Assembly: GCA_963796285.1 (NCBI GenBank)
Contig: CAWCKW010000012.1
Span: 1-64,000, forward strand
From: Nitrospirota bacterium
Lineage (GTDB): Bacteria > Nitrospirota > UBA9217
DNA length: 64,000 nucleotides
Direction: 5' to 3'
Shown: positions 31,953 to 40,964 of the stretch, one piece after another
How positions within the stretch are numbered: position 1 is the first letter of the stretch
How the letters are laid out: each line of letters starts with the position of its first letter
Made by a program: the position numbers and the translations under genes
The notes under the pieces: generated by a model
Seen by the model: the letters and a program-made list of their open reading frames with translations, nothing else
Databases searched by the model: none
What the model was told of the DNA's origin: nothing

Positions 31953-32498
31953 TTACGGGGTCTGGCGCTCCTCCATAGGGAGCACGGCGATATAGGGCAG
32001 ATTGCGGTAGCGGTCTTTGTAGTCCAGTCCGTAACCGACCACATATTTGTTCGGGATGCGGAAGCCAGCGTAGTCCGCCTCGATCGGGACCTGCCGTCGA
32101 TCGGACTTGTCGAGCAGCACGCACACCTTGAGTGAAGCCGGCTCCCGCTCAAGGAGCATCTTCTTGAGATAAGCGATGGTTACGCCGGAGTCCATGATAT
32201 CCTCGATCAGCAGGACGTGTTTGCCTTTGATATCTTCTTTCATATCGCACAGCATCCGCACCGGATTGCCGTCCATGCTTTTGGTGGCGGAACTGGTGCA
32301 GTGAATGAAGTCCATCCTGACGGAGATCCTGAGTGAACGGAGCAGGTCGGACATAAAGAAAAGCGCGCCTTTGAGGACCCCGACGGCCAGTAGGTCCTTG
32401 TCGGCATAGTCTGTAGAGACGCGTGTGCCTATCTCCTGTATCTTCCGCTGGATCTCCTCACGCGTAAAAAGCGGTTTTCCAAAATCGATGCCTACCAT
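31953..32498 (-). CDS. hpt: Hypoxanthine phosphoribosyltransferase
   Basis: VLKGA, LLIEDIMDSGVT and VVGYGLDY..YRNLPYI; tilS-hpt-ftsH synteny. Confidence 0.9.
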   Translation of the reverse strand: MVGIDFGKPLFTREEIQRKIQEIGTRVSTDYADKDLLAVGVLKGALFFMSDLLRSLRISVRMDFIHCTSSATKSMDGNPVRMLCDMKEDIKGKHVLLIEDIMDSGVTIAYLKKMLLEREPASLKVCVLLDKSDRRQVPIEADYAGFRIPNKYVVGYGLDYKDRYRNLPYIAVLPMEERQTP

Positions 32499-32558
32499 TG
32501 ATGCCCTCCATAATGACAATTAGGTCGAAAATGAGCGTGCAGGGTTGCCTATCCATTA

Positions 32559-33935
32559 TTATGCAATCCGATATCGCACCATCAGACCTTTTTTAGTGTT
32601 CGGTCCCCACAGGAACCTCTCGTCCGTCCGGAGCCCCACTACCCACAGGACGTCTTCTCCCGAGCAGAGCAGGGGGACCGTGTCACGCTCCCTGCGAGGG
32701 ACCTTCTCGTCCACGAAGTAGTCCTGGAGCTTTTTCCGTTTGCCGCCCATCCCTGCCGGGCAGAACCAGTCGCCGGGATGCCTATTCCTGAATGTCAGAA
32801 ACGACCCCATCTTATCATAATCGAACAGGGCCTGCCAGACATAATTTTTATCTTGCGGCTCAACCGGAAGGCGGTCGGTGATCAACGTCTCGACCGTCGC
32901 GGGGAGTTCCGGTATCACGGTAACACCCGGTATGCTGATCAGATAGGAGAAGTCATCTGATATCGATCGGGCGCTGAGAACGAAGCGGTCATACTCGCGT
33001 GTGACGGCGAGGCCATGGGGCAGGTCCATGGTCCTGCCGGTCTGGGCCGAGGCCATGAACGCGAGGGCCTCGTCGATTTGGACCTGGGAAAGCCTTGCGG
33101 ATTCCACACCGGCAAGGTCCAATGCTCTTTTGATCAGTCTGCGTCTGAAGGCAATGGGCAGTGCACTGAACTCATTCCTCTTGATAAAAAGGTCATCCTT
33201 GTCCCGTTCCAGGATGCCGTCTGCGAGGTGTGCGCAATGGAACTCGATCGCTTCGTTCTCGTCCCGAAGGAGTGCGGCCTCGGCTGCGAGCGTCTCGACG
33301 ATGCGGGGGTTGAAACCTTTCAGGGCCGGTATGATTTCGAGCCGGACCCTGTTCCTGGTATACACGGGCTTCGTGTTCGATGGATCGGTAGCGAACGAAA
33401 GACCCCTATCCTTCAGGTACTCCAGCACCTCGGCACGCGTGATCTCGATGAGCGGCCTGACAATGTTCTCCCGCACCGCGGGTATGGCCGAGAGGCCGGA
33501 GGCACCGGCGCCGCGCAAGAGCCGCATGAGGAAGGTTTCGGCCTGATCGTCTGCCGTATGGCCGGTCGCGATGTGGGATGCATCGATCGTCCTGGCCACC
33601 CGCTGCAAAAAAGCGTACCTTACTTTCCTCGCACCCTCCTGGGGAGAAAGCCCTCGCTCAAGGCAGTAGGCCGGCACGTCAACCATCTCGATGGTCGCCG
33701 GGATTCCGAACGTGTTCGCGAGTTCACCAACGAACAGCGCCTCATCAGCAGACTCTTTACCGCGGAACATATGGTCGAGATGGGCGATGTGCAGGTCCAG
33801 GTCCATTGCTAAAGCCTGAAGGACGCTCAGGAGGCAGACCGAATCCGGTCCGCCCGAGACGGCGACGAGCACCCGTTCGCCAGGGGAGAGCATGCGATAT
33901 TTCTTTATCGTTTCTTTGATCGTGGTAAGCAGCAT
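32559..33935 (-). CDS. tilS: tRNA(Ile)-lysidine synthetase
   Basis: SGGPDS, HLDH, GHTADDQAET, DPSN..YTRNRVR and a C-terminal TilS domain. Confidence 0.96.
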   Translation of the reverse strand: MLLTTIKETIKKYRMLSPGERVLVAVSGGPDSVCLLSVLQALAMDLDLHIAHLDHMFRGKESADEALFVGELANTFGIPATIEMVDVPAYCLERGLSPQEGARKVRYAFLQRVARTIDASHIATGHTADDQAETFLMRLLRGAGASGLSAIPAVRENIVRPLIEITRAEVLEYLKDRGLSFATDPSNTKPVYTRNRVRLEIIPALKGFNPRIVETLAAEAALLRDENEAIEFHCAHLADGILERDKDDLFIKRNEFSALPIAFRRRLIKRALDLAGVESARLSQVQIDEALAFMASAQTGRTMDLPHGLAVTREYDRFVLSARSISDDFSYLISIPGVTVIPELPATVETLITDRLPVEPQDKNYVWQALFDYDKMGSFLTFRNRHPGDWFCPAGMGGKRKKLQDYFVDEKVPRRERDTVPLLCSGEDVLWVVGLRTDERFLWGPNTKKGLMVRYRIA

Positions 33936-34032
33936 GATATGAGAACGCGAGTCGCTCCCCGAAGGCAGATCCTCTGGTGTTATTCTATTATGATAGAAAG
34001 ATTTTGATGAGAAATAAGGAAAGGAGCAAAAA

Positions 34033-34108
34033 TGGTGGCGGTGCAGGGACTCGAACCCCGGACACAGGGATTATGATTCCCCTGCTCTACCAGCTGAGCT
34101 ACACCGCC
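34033..34108 (-). tRNA. tRNA with anticodon CAT, elongator tRNA-Met
   Basis: GGCGGTG..AGCTCAGCTGGTAGAGC..GGGGA-ATCATAA-TCCCT..GTTCGAGTC..CACCGCCACCA; 76 nt with encoded CCA. G1-C72 excludes initiator tRNA; G2-C71 and C3-G70 fit Met. Confidence 0.93.
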
Positions 34109-34274
34109 ACGAGAAAATTTAGAGGCACAAGATACTGTATTACGGCATTTTTGTCAAGAAAAACCTGATTCAGCAGGATACTCGGGATACTAAAAACGGG
34201 CGCCACAACGCGAAAATTATCTAAAGACGGAGAGCAACCCGTTAATCCTGTTTCCCTTTTAAAAAAAACCGCTT

Positions 34275-34880
34275 CTATTCCTTGAACCTCGTTTCTTCCT
34301 TCTGGATATTTTCCAGCGCTTCTTTTTTCGTTTTACAGTCGATGCAGTACCGGGCAAGCGGGTTTACCCCGAGGCGTTTGATGTCGATCTCTTCACCGCA
34401 GTCCTCGCACTGGCCGTATGAGTTATTCTGGAGCTTCCGGAAGGCATCGGCGATGTCTTTGTACTGCTCATACTTCATTTCCAGAAGCGAGTAATCGATG
34501 CCCTGGTCCATGTCGAGCGCGGACTGGTCGGCGCTGTCCATGGCCGAGTCGATCTTCTGTCCCGTCTCCCGGACCAGCTTTCGGCCCATCTGGGCCTCGA
34601 GGTTTTCCACAACCTCGTTCCGTTTTTTGAGCAGTAATTTTGACAGCAGCTCATTCCGCTTCTTCACGGCCGCAGATATTCGCGGTTTGGCCGCCGCGAT
34701 CTTTGCGGATTTTGTCGGTGTTCTTTTTACGGCTTTGGCGGAGGCCTTCTTGACCTTTATCTTTTTTACCGTGCTTTTCTTCGCGCCGGCCTTCTTTGCG
34801 ACTTTTTTAGCTGACTTTTTTACGGTGGGTTTCACAGGCTTGGTAGCTTTTTTCTTTTTTGCGCCTTTTTTTACCGCCAT
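34275..34880 (-). CDS. DksA/TraR-family C4 zinc-finger protein with a Lys/Ala-rich N-terminus
   Basis: DSADQS coiled-coil tip and YGQCEDCGEEI..RL..NPLARYCIDC. The first ~70 aa are histone-H1-like. Confidence 0.85.
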   Translation of the reverse strand: MAVKKGAKKKKATKPVKPTVKKSAKKVAKKAGAKKSTVKKIKVKKASAKAVKRTPTKSAKIAAAKPRISAAVKKRNELLSKLLLKKRNEVVENLEAQMGRKLVRETGQKIDSAMDSADQSALDMDQGIDYSLLEMKYEQYKDIADAFRKLQNNSYGQCEDCGEEIDIKRLGVNPLARYCIDCKTKKEALENIQKEETRFKE

Positions 34881-35082
34881 AATAGTACTCCCTCCTGACC
34901 ATCATAGGCAACTTGGACTGGTATTATAGTTATGTATTAAAGCAAATTCAAGACAATTTGTCAGGTGTCGAAACAAAATTTCTCAATTCCCCGTCGTCGG
35001 GCACGGCCGGGAGGGGGAGGAGATGGCTATTTGATGTTTTTTCTGTTACTATAATTTCAATGTAGCCGGGCACACATATCCT

Positions 35083-37239
35083 ATGCGAAAATACTATTTT
35101 ATCATGTTTATGGTCATGCTGGAGGGATTTTTCCCCTTTGCAGATAACGGGGTTGCATCGTTATCAGGACAGAATGGTGAAACGAGAACGAAAAACGACT
35201 GGGCAGACCGGAAACAGCTCTTACTGGAGTATGGTGCGCTGGTGACAACAAAGAACGAGGTCTTGCTCAGGGAGTTCCGGAGCGGGACTGACGAGGCTTC
35301 CCGGGTTATCGGGCATGCCAAGACCGTCCTCATCTTTCACCTGCTGAGACGAATTGCTGGAGAAGATGTGTATTCTCGTCTCGCAGGTACGCATACGGTC
35401 GAAGACCCCGTGAGGTCCTGGGACGAGATCAAGGAAAGGTTCGAGAAAGAGCTTGGCCAGGACCTCGGATGGTTCTTCAAACAGTGGGTGGACAGGAAGG
35501 GACTCCCTGACCTGCGTGTGGAACAAGCCTCGGTCCAGCGGAATGGCAGCCGGTTCAAGATCAGCTTTGACCTTGTTCAGAAGGGCGACGTCTATACCCT
35601 CGATGTCCCCGTCCTCATCTCCTTTATCCATGGCAGGGCTCAGTCGGAAATGGTGAAGCTCGAAGCGGACAAGAAAAAAGTCGTCCTTTTTGTTGACGAA
35701 GAGCCGTCAGCGGTAGTGATCGATCCAGAATATGATGTTCCCCGGAGGCTGACGGATGCCGAGACACCGCCGCTTCTCGCAAAACTGCTGTCCGAGGAAA
35801 GGCCGGTTCTGGTGACGGCCGCGACCGGCAGAGAGATTTACGCAGGAGCAATTGAGTCATGGAAGCAGCGGGGCGCGGAGGAGCGGCAGGTCGACACGAT
35901 CAAAGATGCGGATGTCAACAGGTCGTCCTTTCTTGCGTTCGGTCCGGACAATCCTCTCGTTGGCAGGCTCTACGGCAGGGTTGAGCCCCGCAAAGAGGCG
36001 CTCACCCTGATAGCGAAGAAGAACCCCTGGAACCAGGACAAGGTCGTTGTGCTCGTCCAGGCGGGGACCGTGCAGGCCGCATCCGGGGCTCTCAGCGCTG
36101 TCCTTTTACACGGGAACTGCAGCGTCCTGTCGATAGATGCAAAAGGACAGGTGGCGCAGGAGACATTGGACTCCGAGCGAGGGATCGTGATGGAGCTGCG
36201 GGAAGAGGCTGCGGCCATCGACGTTTCAGCACTCAAGACGCTTTCGAACGTGATAGCAGGTGTATCGGGCAAGAAGATCGTGTACGTGGGAGAATACCAC
36301 GACCGGTTTGCGCACCACAACGTCCAGCTCCGGATCATCAAGGGTCTTTTTCGAAAGGACCCGAAGATCGCTGTGGGTATGGAGATGTTCCAGCGGCCCT
36401 TTCAGAAAACGCTTGATGAGTACGTCGGCGGGTCTATCGACGAACGCGAATTTCTGAAGAAGTCGGAGTATTTCAAGCGCTGGGGTTTCGATTATAATCT
36501 GTATAAGCCGATCCTCGATTTTGCCCGCACCGAAAAGGTCCCTGTCGTTGCCCTGAACCTGAGCCGCGAGGTTACTGATAAGGTGTCGAAGACCGGCATG
36601 GACTCTCTCACGGATGATGAGCGGAAGGACGTCCCGAAGCTGATGGATTTTTCTGATATGGAGTACCGCGACCGGCTCAGGCAGGTGTTTGATCAGCATG
36701 AAACTGCGAGCGAACGGAACTTCGACTTTTTTCTGCAGGCCCAGATCCTGTGGGATGAGGGCATGGCCCGGTCCATCGACGAGTACCTCCGGAAGTACCC
36801 CGACCAGCGGATGGTCGTGATGGCGGGCGTGGGGCACCTTGCCTACGGTTCGGGGGTCCCGAAAAGGACCTTCCGGCGGAACGGTTTTTCCTATGCGACG
36901 GTCCTGAGCGATGTTGCGATCGAGGAGGATATTGCCGACTTTGTCGTGTTTCCCCCATCGCTCGAGGGGATGACCTCGCCGAAGATCATGGCCGTGCTCA
37001 AAGAGACCGGGGAACAGGTCAGCATCGCGGAACTGCCGGAAGGGAGTGTCTCAAAGAAGGCCGGCATAAAGGTCGGAGATATTGTGGTGTCGCTCGACAA
37101 TGCGGTGGTAAGGAGCGTTGATGATATCAGGATCGCGCTCTTTTACAAAAAGTCGGAGGACATGGTCCGGATCAAGGTGGAGCGCAAGCGGTTCCTGTCG
37201 GGGTATGCGGAGATTGAATTCGAAGTGAAGTTGCAGTAA
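35083..37239 (+). CDS. ChaN-family (haem/cofactor-binding fold) protein with an M1-peptidase remnant and C-terminal PDZ
   Basis: VYVGEYHD, GMEMFQRPFQ, AQILWDEGMA and AGVGH (ChaN). KAGIKVGD (PDZ). FHLLRR..DLGWFFKQWV (M1 C-terminal part). Confidence 0.8.
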   Translation: MRKYYFIMFMVMLEGFFPFADNGVASLSGQNGETRTKNDWADRKQLLLEYGALVTTKNEVLLREFRSGTDEASRVIGHAKTVLIFHLLRRIAGEDVYSRLAGTHTVEDPVRSWDEIKERFEKELGQDLGWFFKQWVDRKGLPDLRVEQASVQRNGSRFKISFDLVQKGDVYTLDVPVLISFIHGRAQSEMVKLEADKKKVVLFVDEEPSAVVIDPEYDVPRRLTDAETPPLLAKLLSEERPVLVTAATGREIYAGAIESWKQRGAEERQVDTIKDADVNRSSFLAFGPDNPLVGRLYGRVEPRKEALTLIAKKNPWNQDKVVVLVQAGTVQAASGALSAVLLHGNCSVLSIDAKGQVAQETLDSERGIVMELREEAAAIDVSALKTLSNVIAGVSGKKIVYVGEYHDRFAHHNVQLRIIKGLFRKDPKIAVGMEMFQRPFQKTLDEYVGGSIDEREFLKKSEYFKRWGFDYNLYKPILDFARTEKVPVVALNLSREVTDKVSKTGMDSLTDDERKDVPKLMDFSDMEYRDRLRQVFDQHETASERNFDFFLQAQILWDEGMARSIDEYLRKYPDQRMVVMAGVGHLAYGSGVPKRTFRRNGFSYATVLSDVAIEEDIADFVVFPPSLEGMTSPKIMAVLKETGEQVSIAELPEGSVSKKAGIKVGDIVVSLDNAVVRSVDDIRIALFYKKSEDMVRIKVERKRFLSGYAEIEFEVKLQ

Positions 37240-37429
37240 TTTATTGTGACAGTCGGCAGGTGATATGTTATCATAAGAATATGCATGTGCTGACGGGAAT
37301 GGCTTCCTTAATTGCGGCAGGTCGGACCGAAGCACCGGGTAAGCAGGATGGATAGGTTCCCTTATTTTGAAGGTGACAACCGTCTCGTGGTATAAGAAAT
37401 ATCAACCCGTGATCGTATAGGAGGAGCAG

Positions 37430-38236
37430 ATGAAAAAATATCTTCTCGTTGTGATGGCCGCCGCGCTTGCTGCTTCGGGGTGCTCAGGCGTGGTCGCGAA
37501 GAACTTCAAGGTCTTCGCCGACCCTCCGGACTCGACCATCAGGGTCGTTTCGGGCATTGATTTGAAGGAATTGAAGTATCGATCGCCTGCGGCCATTACG
37601 GCCGAAGTGCCGAAGGACCCCGCGCTTGCGGCGAAGGCTGTCCTTGAAGTGAGCAAGGATAGCTATCAGCCGAAGATCATCGCGCTTCGAGACATCAATA
37701 ATGGCGATTCCCTCAATATCAAACTGGAGAAGATAAAGGATCTCGTAAGATACAAGCTGTCGTTCCGGCTCGTGAGCCCCGTGGTGTCCCAGGAACTCCT
37801 GTTCCAGGACAAGAACATATCCGTCACCTTTGCTATCGGCGAGCAGGGCATCCAGATGCACCTCGAGAACCTCAGTCCCCACGACATGAAAATATTGTGG
37901 GAGCAAGCCGAGTATACCGGCGTGAACAGGCAACCGCAGCGGCTCATGCATTCCGGCGTTCGCTTCCAGGACCGGCACAACCCCATCCCTGATCAGGTTG
38001 TGCTGTCCCGGAGTTCTGTGCAGGAGGCGGTGTTCCCTATCAGCAATGTATCCATGTTGCCGCAGCGAAAGGGGTATGATATTCGTCCGCTGTTCCCGCT
38101 CGAGAGCGACGACGCAGCGGGACTGAAGGGGAAGAGTGTCAATCTCTTCCTCCCGGTCGAGATCAACCGCCAGATCATCCCGTATAATTTCAAGATTGAG
38201 ATCATCGACGCCGTGAAGGAGGTCAGCAAGGGCTGA
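37430..38236 (+). CDS. Hypothetical lipoprotein
   Basis: Lipobox ASGC, RBS aggag and clean codon usage. Confidence 0.7.
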   Translation: MKKYLLVVMAAALAASGCSGVVAKNFKVFADPPDSTIRVVSGIDLKELKYRSPAAITAEVPKDPALAAKAVLEVSKDSYQPKIIALRDINNGDSLNIKLEKIKDLVRYKLSFRLVSPVVSQELLFQDKNISVTFAIGEQGIQMHLENLSPHDMKILWEQAEYTGVNRQPQRLMHSGVRFQDRHNPIPDQVVLSRSSVQEAVFPISNVSMLPQRKGYDIRPLFPLESDDAAGLKGKSVNLFLPVEINRQIIPYNFKIEIIDAVKEVSKG

Positions 38237-38301
38237 TCGATACCGTTGACAGTATGATTTGCATCATAGGTGCATTGGTGCAGAAGGTGTAGAATAGGGT
38301 C

Positions 38302-38544
38302 ATGTTTAAAGAAGGTTGTCCAGGAAGCAGTGAGATACGATCGCCAAAGCCCGAGGATATCCGCTGCCAGAAGTGCGGAGAGAAGATCGAGATCTGGAGC
38401 GATGAGCCGGACACGGCCTGCAAGAAATGCGGCCATCTGAACGCGCGGCCCATTGGCACGTCGTGCATCGAGTGGTGCGCGTTTGCCAAGGACTGCGTTG
38501 GCGCTGAAAAGCTCGAGAAGCTCCTGAAGGCTGCCAAGGGTTAG
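38302..38544 (+). CDS. Small Cys-rich zinc-ribbon protein
   Basis: CPG..CQKC..EIWSDE..CKKC..CIEWC..C: 8 Cys in 80 aa. Confidence 0.75.
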   Translation: MFKEGCPGSSEIRSPKPEDIRCQKCGEKIEIWSDEPDTACKKCGHLNARPIGTSCIEWCAFAKDCVGAEKLEKLLKAAKG

Positions 38545-38696
38545 GCTAATCCGTATGCTGGTCAATCCTTTCTTCGTATCTGCACGATTTCATTTGCCGA
38601 CCCGACGAGCTGCGAAATCCTTTAAAAGAGGAGCAAAAAGATGTATAATGGTTCTACTCCAGAACAGCCTGGGGATTAGGAAAAGGAGAATAGATC

Positions 38697-38924
38697 ATGA
38701 CCAAAGAAAAAGTTGAAGATGCCCTGAAACAGGTTCGTCCGGCGCTCCAGCGCGACGGTGGAGATATCGAGCTTGTGAGTGTGGAAGAGAATGGTACGGT
38801 GAAGGTACGGCTCAAAGGCGCCTGCGGGGCCTGCCCCATGTCCACGATGACGCTCAAGATGGGTGTGGAAAAGCACCTCAAGCAGCAGTTCCCCGAGCTA
38901 AAGGAAGTTGTGCAGGTCGCGTAA
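38697..38924 (+). CDS. NifU/Nfu-domain Fe-S carrier
   Basis: VRPALQRDGGDIELV..GACGACPMSTMTLK. Confidence 0.92.
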   Translation: MTKEKVEDALKQVRPALQRDGGDIELVSVEENGTVKVRLKGACGACPMSTMTLKMGVEKHLKQQFPELKEVVQVA

Positions 38925-39416
38925 GGCCTTCCTTGAACATTGACGGCTGTTGCTCATATCGATTCCGCGCCTCTCCATGCTCAGCACGAACGATGAAGAC
39001 TTGATCACAAGATCATAACACCGTTCGTCCTAAGCGTGCCGGAGGTCTTTCGGGCTGCTTGGGCAACAGTCTGTTGCTGCAAGGTCCTCTCATGACCGGC
39101 TGGCATGCTGCGTTTGCAAGTCTTCGGTGATGTCGTTTTTACCGGCAGGGCGGACATCCGGACCCGGTGCCGAAAATTGATATTCCCGTATTGAACCGAG
39201 GAAATGCAGTCATCCACGAGTGAAGGTTCATACAGGCAGGCTCGCAGTGAACTCATCAGTACATTAAATCCCTCCCCGCACTTTTTTATCTGCTCTTGCG
39301 TCTCGCATTGTTTATCCATTGAACATGCCATCATAACGATGCAAACAGTATGAATATCACGGCGTTACGAAATGAAACACGAAAGCCGTTCACACTTCCA
39401 TCCGGCAAAAATTCGC

Positions 39417-39445
39417 TTGACACTTCGACACCATTCTGTTATAAA
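39417..39445 (+). promoter_or_regulatory. Sigma70-like promoter of the rnf operon
   Basis: TTGACA-N17-TATAAA with an extended TG. Confidence 0.6.
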
Positions 39446-39515
39446 CGCAACGGCTTTTAATAGAAATTCTCAAGCTGTAATTTCAACGTTTATACTATTG
39501 GGCGGGTGAGACAGA

Positions 39516-40850
39516 ATGGAAGCCACGACAGTAAAAGCGCACGATACGTTCAGCGGAGGTGTGCATCCTGCTGGTAACAAGACCCTCACAGCACACAAAC
39601 CGGCCGTTGCCGCAGCAATTCCCAAACGCGTTATCATTCCCCTGAGCCAGCACATTGGCGCACCCACCAAACCCCTCGTTGTCATTGGACAGGAAGTAAA
39701 AAAAGGAGAAAAGATCGGAGAGACCACCGGCTTTGTCTCCGCTCCTGTCCATGCATCGATCTCCGGCAAGGTAACGGCCATCGGCAATTTCCCGCACATC
39801 CTCGGTATGGATCTGCCGTCGATCATTATCGAGAGCGACGGCAAGGATGAGTGGGTGGCCGGCATCAAGGAAGCGCCTGACTTCAGCGTGTTGAGCCCTG
39901 ATGAGCTTAAAAAGCTCGTGCTGGATGCCGGCATTGTCGGTATGGGCGGAGCAACCTTCCCGACTCATGTTAAACTTTCTCCCCCCAAAGAGAAACCGAT
40001 CGACGTGGTGATCCTGAACGGGGCTGAGTGCGAGCCCTATCTGACCTCCGACCACCGGCTCATGCTCGAAAGACCGAAAGAGATCGTCGAGGGCCTCAAG
40101 ATCCTCATGCGGATCCTGAATGTCAGCAAGGGATATATCGGCATCGAGGCAAACAAGCCGGACGCGATCGATACCATGACCAGGGCCGCGGCTGGATCTC
40201 CCGAGATCAAGGTCTGGCCCGTCAAGGTCAAGTACCCGCAGGGTGCGGAAAAGATGCTTATCAAGGCCATCGCCAACAGGACCGTTCCCGCAGGCAGCCT
40301 GCCCATGGATGTGGGCGTGGTGGTGCAGAACGTGGGCACGGCCGAGGCCATTTACAACGCGGTCCGTTATGGCAGGCCGCTCATCGAGCGCTATGTCACC
40401 GTGACCGGCAGGGGAGTGAAGGACCCGAAGAACTTCATCGTCCGTATCGGGACGCCGTTCTCCCAGCTTATCGAAGAAGCGGGCGGTCTCACTGACGAAG
40501 CGGCCAAGGTGATCTCCGGCGGCCCCATGATGGGAATGAGCCAGTACACGCTTGAGGTGCCCGTGATCAAAGGGACGTCCGGGATCACGGTCCTCCCCAA
40601 GGCCGAAGTGAGCATGCAATCCTACGGACCGTGTATCCGCTGCGGCCGGTGCATCGATGCCTGCCCCATGAAGCTCCAGCCGTCCCTCCTCGGGCTCTAT
40701 ATTGAGAAGGGCCATTACCAAGATGCAAAGGACTACAACCTGATGGACTGTTTTGAGTGCGGTTCATGCACGTTTGTCTGCCCGTCCAACCGCCCCATGG
40801 TCCAGTGGGTGAAGAAGGCGAAAAAGGAACTGGCAAAGAAGAAAGCGTAA
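39516..40850 (+). CDS. rnfC: Rnf complex subunit C
   Basis: GGVHP, QHIGAP, GMGGATFPT, NGAECEPY and two ferredoxin motifs. Confidence 0.96.
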   Translation: MEATTVKAHDTFSGGVHPAGNKTLTAHKPAVAAAIPKRVIIPLSQHIGAPTKPLVVIGQEVKKGEKIGETTGFVSAPVHASISGKVTAIGNFPHILGMDLPSIIIESDGKDEWVAGIKEAPDFSVLSPDELKKLVLDAGIVGMGGATFPTHVKLSPPKEKPIDVVILNGAECEPYLTSDHRLMLERPKEIVEGLKILMRILNVSKGYIGIEANKPDAIDTMTRAAAGSPEIKVWPVKVKYPQGAEKMLIKAIANRTVPAGSLPMDVGVVVQNVGTAEAIYNAVRYGRPLIERYVTVTGRGVKDPKNFIVRIGTPFSQLIEEAGGLTDEAAKVISGGPMMGMSQYTLEVPVIKGTSGITVLPKAEVSMQSYGPCIRCGRCIDACPMKLQPSLLGLYIEKGHYQDAKDYNLMDCFECGSCTFVCPSNRPMVQWVKKAKKELAKKKA

Positions 40851-40964
40851 ACGCGCAGATTGCGGATTTGTTGTAGGGGCGGCCGAGAGAGGTCGTCCTT
40901 GATTGAGGGCAGCCACACCGGGCTGCCCGTATATGACCATGCCCACGGAGAGAGGTCACATCTG

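Noticed and set aside
34033-34108. tRNA-CAT beside tilS as its substrate tRNA-Ile2
   Set aside because: The acceptor stem is GGCGGTG (C3-G70, G4-C69, G5-C68), Met-like, and lacks the C4-G69/C5-G68 TilS determinants known from E. coli.
39005-39334. 109-aa minus-strand ORF or structured RNA between nfu and rnfC
   Set aside because: No motif, no RBS and only one modest hairpin, so it is unsupported.
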